From Candidatus Kaiserbacteria bacterium (lineage in GTDB: Bacteria > Patescibacteriota > Minisyncoccia > Phycocordibacterales > UBA2100), in assembly GCA_016432285.1 (NCBI GenBank), contig CP066682.1:352933-416932 (forward strand): 64,000 nucleotides of DNA, written 5' to 3'. Made by a program: the position numbers and the translations under genes. Positions within the stretch are counted from its first letter, which is position 1. Each line of letters begins with the position of its first letter. Of this stretch, positions 19,348-26,311 are shown one piece after another. The notes under the pieces are model-generated. The model did not search any database. It saw nothing but the letters and a program-made list of their open reading frames with translations, and was not told the origin of the DNA.

Positions 19348-19500
19348 ATGAATGTTCTCTACGTGGGAGCGTACTTGATCGCTCACGGGCGGGGCAGAGA
19401 GTACCGCGAGCGTGCGCGAAGATTGCGAGTCGCTCGCCGGGCGCAGCGGCGAAGCGCTCGCGAAAGCAGGGGATTCAGCAAGCGCTTCCGTCGAAAATAA
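19348..19500 (+). CDS. small (50 aa) ORF: short hydrophobic N-terminus followed by an extremely Arg-rich tail
   Basis: An SD (GAGGAG) lies 7 nt upstream of the ATG. It is immediately followed by a strong terminator. No homolog recognised. Confidence 0.25.
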   Translation: MNVLYVGAYLIAHGRGREYRERARRLRVARRAQRRSARESRGFSKRFRRK

Positions 19501-19514
19501 TCGAAAGTTAAGGT

Positions 19515-19542
19515 GGGCCGCTTCGGCGGCCCCCTCCTTTTA
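19515..19542 (+). terminator. rho-independent terminator (ggccgcTTCGgcggcc + CCTCCTTTT)
   Basis: Perfect 6-bp GC stem with a tetraloop, followed by a T-run. Confidence 0.6.
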
Positions 19543-19724
19543 ATAGGAATTGGAATGCGATATGCTCAGTGCGCGAGGAGGGTTCGAATCCGAATCGAGG
19601 ATTCGAAAGCCGGAGGCGCGTCGGCGCCGAGGCGGGGTCGCGGAAATTTTCAACAGAAAATTATCCCTGACCGCATAGTGGGCTTGTTATACGATGTTTG
19701 TCGGCTCGGTTTGCAGATATACAC

Positions 19725-19812
19725 GGAGGGTTCGCATAGTGGTCTAGTGCGCCGCATTGGAGATGCGGTGTGGGGAAACCCACCGAGAGTTCGAATCTCT
19801 CACCCTCCGCCA
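19725..19812 (+). tRNA. tRNA-Ser (anticodon GGA), class II with long variable arm; CCA encoded
   Basis: Manual fold: acceptor GGAGGGT/ACCCTCC, anticodon loop TTGGAGA, variable hairpin GTGGGGAAACCCAC, T-arm GAGAGTTCGAATCTCTC, discriminator G, then CCA. Confidence 0.85.
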
Positions 19813-19815
19813 TCT

Positions 19816-20127
19816 ATGGACGATAAGATCCAAAATCTTGAAAAAGAAATTTTAACGCTCCGCGAGCGAGGTCGCACCTTGGAGTCGCAAATCGAATTAC
19901 TGAAAGAGCGCAACGCGCGGGTGGAGAGCGAAAAGGCGTGGGAGACGAGCTACTTCCGAGTACTCTCGATCGGGCTCGTCACGTACGTCGTGGCGGCCGC
20001 GCTCCTCTTTGCGATCGGTGTCGCCAATTTTCTGCTGGCAGCTCTCATGCCCTCGATCGGGTACATTCTCTCCACGCTCTCGTTCCCGGCGTTGAAGCGC
20101 TGGTGGCTTCGGAGGCGAGTCTCGTAG
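19816..20127 (+). CDS. small (103 aa) coiled-coil plus single-TM protein, hypothetical
   Basis: The ORF-track entry 19513..20127 runs through the tRNA, so it was trimmed to the first ATG after the tRNA. It has an N-terminal coiled coil (IQNLEKEILTLRERGRTLESQIELLKERNARVESE) and a C-terminal TM. Confidence 0.45.
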   Translation: MDDKIQNLEKEILTLRERGRTLESQIELLKERNARVESEKAWETSYFRVLSIGLVTYVVAAALLFAIGVANFLLAALMPSIGYILSTLSFPALKRWWLRRRVS

Positions 20128-21045
20128 CTACACGGTCTCGTGTTTCTTGAAGATCACGATGCTTTCGCTGTCGCTTTCCGCTTCTTTCAGGGGCAGCACG
20201 GTATTCACGACGATCTCGACGGGCGCCCCATCCCTTTCCACGACGCAGGTGAGCTGCGTTTCTCCGTGGGAGACGCGTGAGGCGTTTTGCTTTTCTGCGA
20301 GCTCGATCAATTTCTTGTAACTCTCGAGGACATTCTTCGTCGAAAAGCCCGCCTCCGCGACGGCGCGCGCCGCCTCTTCGTACGATGCCTCTCCGCCTTC
20401 CGTTTGCGCTGCTTTGAAGGCCTCTTCATCGTCCACTTCACTCTTTTTCCAAAAATCTCCAGCATTCGGATCCACGGTCGTGCTGCCCGCGCGTATCACG
20501 CCCATGGTTTCGTACTTGCCGGTCCGGCGCACTGCATTCGCGCCTTTGAGGCGGCAGAGAAGCCAGCCGCCAGACTCGACATTTTTGAGAAGATGTTTGG
20601 TCATCGTTACCTCTTCGTCGAGCACGACGACGATTTTCGCCCGCTCTCCCTCGTGCCATTCCGCCGCACCCTTCTGGATCTCATCGAGGCCGCTCTTTTT
20701 GCGCAGCATGTCTGCCTCTGCCGTCCTCTCCGTGAGCATACGGAAGTGGGGGATCGAATCTCCCTTGCGAAAGGCGCGCGTGATAGCCACATTGCGCTCC
20801 GGATGCACGACGTAGATGTCGAGATCCTCGGGATTCAGTCGATTGAGATGGAAAGCGCGTCGGAACGATCGGAATTTTTTTATGTCGCTCTTGTGGACTT
20901 CGAGATACGGATCCGTCTTCAGATCTTGCTCGAGCTCGCGCTCGAAATCCGCCTCCTCTTTTTCGGCAGTCGGCTCGCCTTGCTCGCGCCCAAACTCGTT
21001 GCCTACACCTGCCTTCAACATCCTCCCAATATACCAGGTATGCAC
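20128..21045 (-). CDS. hypothetical protein (305 aa), no family recognised
   Basis: Long ORF with uniform composition. It is convergent with the preceding gene and abuts it stop-to-stop. Confidence 0.5.
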   Translation of the reverse strand: MHTWYIGRMLKAGVGNEFGREQGEPTAEKEEADFERELEQDLKTDPYLEVHKSDIKKFRSFRRAFHLNRLNPEDLDIYVVHPERNVAITRAFRKGDSIPHFRMLTERTAEADMLRKKSGLDEIQKGAAEWHEGERAKIVVVLDEEVTMTKHLLKNVESGGWLLCRLKGANAVRRTGKYETMGVIRAGSTTVDPNAGDFWKKSEVDDEEAFKAAQTEGGEASYEEAARAVAEAGFSTKNVLESYKKLIELAEKQNASRVSHGETQLTCVVERDGAPVEIVVNTVLPLKEAESDSESIVIFKKHETV

Positions 21046-21088
21046 ACCGTCAACTGGACGATGGTGAAAGTCGCGCTACGATTCACGT

Positions 21089-21493
21089 ATGACAGAAGTC
21101 AGTTTGATTTCGCTCCTCGCTTCCGGGATCGTGAGCCTTCTCATCGGTTTCGCGTGGTATCACCCGAAGGTCTTTGGAGGAATCTGGATGCGGCTCTCCA
21201 ACATCACGCCCGAATCGCAGGAGCGCGGCAAGCGTCGCATGCCGGTGAGCGCGGGAATCACTTTCCTTGCGAGCATGGTGATCGCGTACGTCATGAGCTA
21301 CTTCGGCATCGCGTGGGGTGTGTACGATCCGATCGGTGCAATCGAGCTCGCGTTCTGGATCTGGATCGGATTCGTCGCGCCGACGATGCTCGGCACGGTG
21401 CTCTGGGAACAAAAGCCCTTCCTCCTCTATGTGATCAACGTCGGCTTCTGGTTTGTCGCGCTCGTTGCTATCGCGATCGTTCTGGTTTTCTAA
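21089..21493 (+). CDS. DUF1761-like integral membrane protein
   Basis: Four TM helices. The pattern resembles DUF1761 (WYHPKVFG..W......P). Confidence 0.5.
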   Translation: MTEVSLISLLASGIVSLLIGFAWYHPKVFGGIWMRLSNITPESQERGKRRMPVSAGITFLASMVIAYVMSYFGIAWGVYDPIGAIELAFWIWIGFVAPTMLGTVLWEQKPFLLYVINVGFWFVALVAIAIVLVF

Positions 21494-21536
21494 AGAGCCG
21501 GTTCTCCTTTTTTGAGAAGTGTGCTTTGATGCGCTC

Positions 21537-22064
21537 ATGAAACGCGTATTCACCGTTGCACTTCTTCTCACCGCCGTTGCGGTGCTGATCTCGCTCGTCT
21601 ACACCAAGCTCCCCACGCCACTCACGCAGCAACAAGAGCAGCAAGAGGAACAGCAGGAGCAACGGCAAGCGCAGCAAGAGAAGCAAGGCGTCGGCGAGAC
21701 GGTGGAACTCGATGGGCAGATCATTCGCATCAGCGTCGCGGATACAGACGAGGAGCGGCAGTTGGGCTTGAGCGGCCGTGAGGGGCTTGCGCAAGACGAG
21801 GGAATGTTGTTTATTTTTCCGGAGGACGGTTTGCATGCATTTTGGATGAAGGACATGCTCTTTTCGATCGACATTTTATGGCTCTCTGCCGAGGGCAAAA
21901 TCGTCCATATTGAAAAGAGCGTCTCTCCCGACACCTTCCCCTCGTCGTTTTCCCCATCCGCGCCGGCGAGATACGTTTTGGAGTTGCCAGCGGGCTTTTC
22001 CGAGCGGTATACTGTGATGCAAGGGGACGTGGTGCATCTCGGAAGCGCGACGCTTTTTGATTAG
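21537..22064 (+). CDS. DUF192 (COG1430) domain protein with N-terminal TM anchor and Gln/Glu-rich linker
   Basis: Core ISVADTDEERQLGLSGREGLAQDEGMLFIFPEDGLHAFWMKDMLFSIDILWL is typical of DUF192. The start may alternatively be the ATG at 21519. Confidence 0.65.
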   Translation: MKRVFTVALLLTAVAVLISLVYTKLPTPLTQQQEQQEEQQEQRQAQQEKQGVGETVELDGQIIRISVADTDEERQLGLSGREGLAQDEGMLFIFPEDGLHAFWMKDMLFSIDILWLSAEGKIVHIEKSVSPDTFPSSFSPSAPARYVLELPAGFSERYTVMQGDVVHLGSATLFD

Positions 22065-22108
22065 CTTCGCGATATTGCCTCATGCAGCTTGCAGGGGGTG
22101 GTTGTCCA

Positions 22109-22126
22109 CACTATCGCGATAGCGAG
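22109..22126 (+). promoter_or_regulatory. NrdR-box-like palindrome (ACACTATCGCGATAGCG) upstream of nrdJ
   Basis: Perfect 12-bp palindrome CTATCGCGATAG embedded in ACACTAT...ATAG.G, resembling the NrdR operator consensus acaCTATATATAGtgt. It lies ~50 nt upstream of the nrdJ ATG. Confidence 0.35.
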
Positions 22127-22176
22127 CTCGCAAAAGCGCGGGAGTACAATAAACCTCCGATTAAAAATCTAGGTCA

Positions 22177-24534
22177 ATGCGCATGACAAAAACAATCGCC
22201 GCACGCGCGGCACGTGAGAAAGGTTCGGCAGGGGTCGTCGACGGCTCCGCGCTTCGCGTGTACAAAAAATATTTACCGCAGATCCAGAAACGCGACGGAC
22301 GAATCGTGCCGTTTGAATTTGAAAAAATCGTGCGCGTGATCGAGAAGGCGATGAAAGCCTCCAACGAAGGCTCCGCGGAGGAAGCGATGGTCGTGGCCCA
22401 CAAGGTCGCGGGCGAGATGATGCGCATCGCCAAGACCTACAAGAACTTCCTGCCGACCGTCGAGGGCTGCCAGGACGAGGTAGAGCGTCAGCTCATCCTC
22501 TCCGACTACGTGGCGACCGCGAAGAACTACATTCTCTACCGCGCGGAGCGCTCCAAGATCCGCAAAGAGCAGGGAGAGGTGCCGGAGCATGTCCGCAAGC
22601 TCGCCGAGGAGTCGAAAAAGTATTTCAAAAGCAATCCGCTCGGAGAGTTTGTGTACCTCCGGACCTACGCGCGCTGGATCGAGAGCGAGCAGCGCCGCGA
22701 GACGTGGATCGAGACAGTCGATCGCTACGTCAATTTCATGAAAGAGAATCTCGGCGAAAAGCTCACGAAGCGCGAGTACGCGGAGGTGCGCGAAGCGATC
22801 CTCAAGCAGGAGGTGATGCCCTCGATGCGCGCGATGCAGTTTGCGGGCGCGCCTGCCAAAAAGTGCAACACGTGTTTCTACAACTGCTCTTTCACCGCAC
22901 CAGTGAAGCTCGAAGATTTCGCGGAGATCATGTATCTCTCGATGCAGGGATGCGGCGTGGGGTATTCGGTGGAAAGCCAGAACATCCAGCAGCTTCCGCA
23001 GATCGAAAAGCAAACCAGCGAGAAGCTCCCGACGCACGTCGTGCAAGACACGAAAGAAGGGTGGTGCGACGCGCTCACGCTTGGCCTTCGGACCTGGTAT
23101 TCCGGCAAAGACATCGAATTTGATTTCTCACTCATTCGCCCCGCAGGCGCGCGCTTGAAGACGATGGGCGGCAAGGCCTCCGGTCCTGAGCCCCTGCGCT
23201 CGCTCCTCGCCTTCGCGCGGGAGCGCATTTTGAAGCGGCAGGGGAGGCGCCTTCGCAACATCGACGCGCACGACATCATCTGCAAGATCGGCGAGTGCGT
23301 GGTGGCGGGCGGCGTGCGCCGCACGGCCATGATCTCGCTCTCGGACCTCGACGACGTGGAAATCCGCGACGCGAAAAAGGGCCAATTCTTCCTCACCGAT
23401 CCGTACCGCTCGGTCGCCAACAACTCCGCCGTCTACGAATCGAAGCCGACCAACGCCGAGCTCATGGACGAGTGGGTCGCCCTTATGAAATCGGGCACCG
23501 GCGAGCGCGGCATCTTCAACCGCGGTTCGCTCGAGAAGACCATGCCCGAGCGCCGTATCAAGCTCTTGCAGAAAAAGTACAAGCGCAAAGGCTACATCGG
23601 GCAGGTGGGCACTAATCCGTGCGGCGAGATCATTCTGCAATCAAAACAGTTCTGCAATCTCTCCGAAGTGATCGCGCGCGCCGACGACACCGAGAAAACC
23701 CTGCTGCGGAAAGCGAGGCTCGCGACATTGCTCGGCACCTACCAGTCGACGCTCACGAATTTCAACTACATCTCGCAGGAGTGGACCGACAACTGCCGCG
23801 CGGAGCGACTCCTCGGTGTCTCGATCACCGGCCAGTGGGATTCTCCCGCGGTGCGCAATCCGAAGGTGATGAAAAAAATGCGCGACGCTGCGGTGAAGAC
23901 CAACGCTTCGTACGCCAAACGTTTCGGGGTGAATCCCTCAAGCTCGATCACATGCGTGAAGCCCTCGGGAACCGTCTCGCAGACCTTCGATTGCTCCTCC
24001 GGCATCCACCCGCGTCACTCGCAGTACTACATCCGCCGCGTGCGCATCTCGGCTACCGACTCGCTCTTCAAGATGGTCCGCGACCAGGGGATCCCGCACC
24101 AGCCTGAAGTGGGGCAGAATCCGGGCGAGGCCAACACCTACGTCTTGGAGTTCCCGGTCAAATCTCCCACAGGGTCGGTTTTCAAGAACGACCTCACCGC
24201 GCTCCAGCAGCTCGAATACTGGAAGATGGTGAAAGTGAATTTCACGGAGCACAATCCTTCGGCCACGATCTCGGTGGGCGACGAGGAGTGGGTGGAGGTG
24301 GTCTCGTGGCTCTACGCCAATTGGGACATCATCGGCGGCCTCTCCTTCCTGCCGCGCGAAAACCACGTCTACCGTCTCGCACCGTACGAATCAATCGACA
24401 AAAAGACGTACGAGCAGCTCGCTGCGAAGTTCCCGAAGATCGACTACTCGAAGCTCGTCATCTACGAGCGCACCGACGAAACCGAGCAGAAAAAGGAGCT
24501 CGCCTGCGCTGGCGGCACCTGCGAAATTATTTAA
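22177..24534 (+). CDS. nrdJ: ribonucleotide reductase, class II (adenosylcobalamin-dependent), with N-terminal ATP-cone
   Basis: ATP-cone at the N-terminus (VPFEFEKIVRVIEKAMKA). Contains the NPCGEI active-site region and the class II C-terminal Cys pair (CAGGTCEI). Length 785 aa. Confidence 0.85.
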   Translation: MRMTKTIAARAAREKGSAGVVDGSALRVYKKYLPQIQKRDGRIVPFEFEKIVRVIEKAMKASNEGSAEEAMVVAHKVAGEMMRIAKTYKNFLPTVEGCQDEVERQLILSDYVATAKNYILYRAERSKIRKEQGEVPEHVRKLAEESKKYFKSNPLGEFVYLRTYARWIESEQRRETWIETVDRYVNFMKENLGEKLTKREYAEVREAILKQEVMPSMRAMQFAGAPAKKCNTCFYNCSFTAPVKLEDFAEIMYLSMQGCGVGYSVESQNIQQLPQIEKQTSEKLPTHVVQDTKEGWCDALTLGLRTWYSGKDIEFDFSLIRPAGARLKTMGGKASGPEPLRSLLAFARERILKRQGRRLRNIDAHDIICKIGECVVAGGVRRTAMISLSDLDDVEIRDAKKGQFFLTDPYRSVANNSAVYESKPTNAELMDEWVALMKSGTGERGIFNRGSLEKTMPERRIKLLQKKYKRKGYIGQVGTNPCGEIILQSKQFCNLSEVIARADDTEKTLLRKARLATLLGTYQSTLTNFNYISQEWTDNCRAERLLGVSITGQWDSPAVRNPKVMKKMRDAAVKTNASYAKRFGVNPSSSITCVKPSGTVSQTFDCSSGIHPRHSQYYIRRVRISATDSLFKMVRDQGIPHQPEVGQNPGEANTYVLEFPVKSPTGSVFKNDLTALQQLEYWKMVKVNFTEHNPSATISVGDEEWVEVVSWLYANWDIIGGLSFLPRENHVYRLAPYESIDKKTYEQLAAKFPKIDYSKLVIYERTDETEQKKELACAGGTCEII

Positions 24535-24556
24535 TTCTGCTCTCTTAAAAAGTGGA

Positions 24557-24582
24557 AAGCCCCGCGATCCTCGCGGGGCTTT
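24557..24582. terminator. bidirectional rho-independent terminator between nrdJ and the convergent small gene
   Basis: gccccgcgatcctcgcggggc hairpin flanked by an A-run upstream and a T-run downstream. Confidence 0.6.
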
Positions 24583-24589
24583 TCGTGCG

Positions 24590-24847
24590 TCAGATGTCGA
24601 TGACGATCTTTTCGGTGTCGTCGCGCTCCGTGACGCAGATCAGGCGGGCTCTTCCGATTGCGACCTCGCCTTCTTTCTCGTCAGGCATCTTGTGCCTGCC
24701 GTAGGTTACATGCCTTTTTTCGGGGATCCTGAGACCCTGGGATTTAGCCTGCATGAGCGTCAAATACACGCTCGACCCGGGCGCCATCCACACCTCGACC
24801 GACGTTTCGGTGCCGGCGAGCGTCAGCGTTACCGTAATCCTTGGCAT
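24590..24847 (-). CDS. small (85 aa) hypothetical protein, possibly beta-barrel (Mop/TOBE-like)
   Basis: The ORF ends at the bidirectional terminator. Weak resemblance only. The first ATG at 24868 is an alternative start. Confidence 0.3.
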   Translation of the reverse strand: MPRITVTLTLAGTETSVEVWMAPGSSVYLTLMQAKSQGLRIPEKRHVTYGRHKMPDEKEGEVAIGRARLICVTERDDTEKIVIDI

Positions 24848-24912
24848 CGTATCTCCTCCAATGAACAACGTCGCTCACAAGAAAACACGATTGCCAGAGC
24901 GCGTCAAATTGG

Positions 24913-24918
24913 TATACT
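24913..24918 (+). promoter_or_regulatory. extended -10 box TGgTATACT for rnpB
   Basis: ttggTATACTac lies 6-7 nt upstream of the P1 5' strand. Confidence 0.5.
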
Positions 24919-24922
24919 ACCC

Positions 24923-25342
24923 GTCTGCGTCAGGCAATCGCCCCGCGTAAGCGGGGAGGAAAGTCCGGACACGCACATTGTTCTTACGATGTAGCAGGGT
25001 AGCGGGTAACGCCCGTCCGAGTAATTCGAGGGATGCGAACAGAGACGCCGAAGCCGAGAGGCGACGGCTCCTACCGAGGTTTAACCTCGGTCGGATGAGG
25101 CCCGCAGCAATGCGGGAGTGCAACGGCAAAAATCCTACCTGCGTGCAAGGTCGTGACCCATGGGATAATGCGCTCCGAATAGTTCGGCTGATCCGGAGAG
25201 ATGAATAAAATCCGATTTTCCGAAATGTGCGGATCGCGTTATCCCACGGGTAGAACCGCTCGAGGTGATCGGCAACGATCATCCCAGATACATGATTGCC
25301 TCGTCCTTCGGGATCAGACAGAATCCGGCTCATGACGCAGAA
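24923..25342 (+). ncRNA. rnpB: RNase P RNA (bacterial type A)
   Basis: Conserved P4 motifs GGAGGAAAGTCCGGAC (5') and ACAGAATCCGGCT (3'). P1 pairs ctgcgtcagg (24925-34) with catgacgcag (25331-40). A terminator follows. Confidence 0.85.
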
Positions 25343-25346
25343 CGAA

Positions 25347-25376
25347 CCCCGCCGCAAGGCGGGGTTTGCTTTTTTA
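25347..25376 (+). terminator. rho-independent terminator after rnpB
   Basis: ccccgccgcaaggcgggg hairpin followed by tttgctttttt. Confidence 0.65.
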
Positions 25377-25519
25377 ACTCAGGATGGCGGCACTTTCTGC
25401 TTTGACAACAGACGATCTTATGGGCGAACGGCACAACTTGTAAGAAAAACGCTTGCGGGGTATCATGTGCCTTATGATAGATAACCTGGTTGAGTAGACC
25501 TCGTTGTGAGCCAGGAGGA

Positions 25520-26293
25520 TTAACGTTGTAGGTCAAGAGGAGGGTTCACGGAGAACACCTTCCGGACCCATTCGCGCGTGTCGTCCACGCGCTTTATGAG
25601 GTTAGCGCGTCTGTTTGGATCGGAAATCTCTTTAGCCACCTGGATATACTGGAGATTTGACTCGGCAATTTTTTTGTCGATCGCGTACTCACGTGCATGA
25701 TTTTTTTCAACGAGGAATTTTATGAATTCGTCGTCCTTCTTCTCCTCTCTGAAGTAGTTCCACTTCAGCGCAAGAAAAAAAGCCTGGTTGTTCTTGCCGA
25801 TTAGGTTCTCGTAGTGGTAGAGGTTTCCAACATTCGCTATTTGCATGTGCACGCTCGCCAGATCTTCGTGGATTAAGGCGCGGTCGATTCGCTCTTTTGC
25901 TTTTCCTCCCTTGTCCGTAGATGCAGTTTGCCAGTCGTAAAGCGTCTTGTAGAGAAGTGCGTGTATGTATCCGAGAATGTTGTTCACCTTCACGCTCACG
26001 TATGCCTTTTCCTGGCCGTGGGTTCGTGCCATCTCTTCAGCGATGGTTTTTGAAATCCAAAGATAGACGCCATACCCAGCGACACCGACAAAAGCCATTA
26101 CGATGCTCAAGATGTCTAGAACGTCAGATGTCTCAATGGGAGCCAAAAGTGGCGAGGATATCTGAGCCAGACGAAGGAAGTCAGGCACGTACAAGAAGCC
26201 GACGGCAAAAATAAAAACCGTCGCTAAAATGCCGATTAGTTCGAAGACCTTTCTCATGCGCGGATCCATTCTACGCTCCAAAGTTAGGTCCAC
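25520..26293 (-). CDS. hypothetical membrane protein (2-3 N-terminal TM helices plus soluble C-terminal domain)
   Basis: Long ORF with N-terminal TM helices. No family recognised. Confidence 0.5.
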   Translation of the reverse strand: MDLTLERRMDPRMRKVFELIGILATVFIFAVGFLYVPDFLRLAQISSPLLAPIETSDVLDILSIVMAFVGVAGYGVYLWISKTIAEEMARTHGQEKAYVSVKVNNILGYIHALLYKTLYDWQTASTDKGGKAKERIDRALIHEDLASVHMQIANVGNLYHYENLIGKNNQAFFLALKWNYFREEKKDDEFIKFLVEKNHAREYAIDKKIAESNLQYIQVAKEISDPNRRANLIKRVDDTREWVRKVFSVNPPLDLQR

Positions 26294-26311
26294 AAGTGCT
26301 CGTTTTCGTGC

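Noticed and set aside
19107-19545. tmRNA (ssrA) or 6S RNA hypothesis for the htpX to tRNA-Ser spacer
   Set aside because: There is no tRNA-like acceptor/T-arm 3' end before the terminator, no GGGG 5' end and no tag reading frame ending in ..AA-stop. There is no 6S-like central bubble. It is kept instead as two candidate mini-ORFs.
19513-19815. 5' part of ORF 19513..20127
   Set aside because: It runs straight through the tRNA-Ser gene and its terminator-containing spacer, so only the post-tRNA part (19816..20127) was kept.
22273-24366. Multiple 100-260-aa ORFs on both strands inside nrdJ
   Set aside because: All are overlapping alternative frames of the RNR gene, with Arg/Ala/Gly-rich translations.
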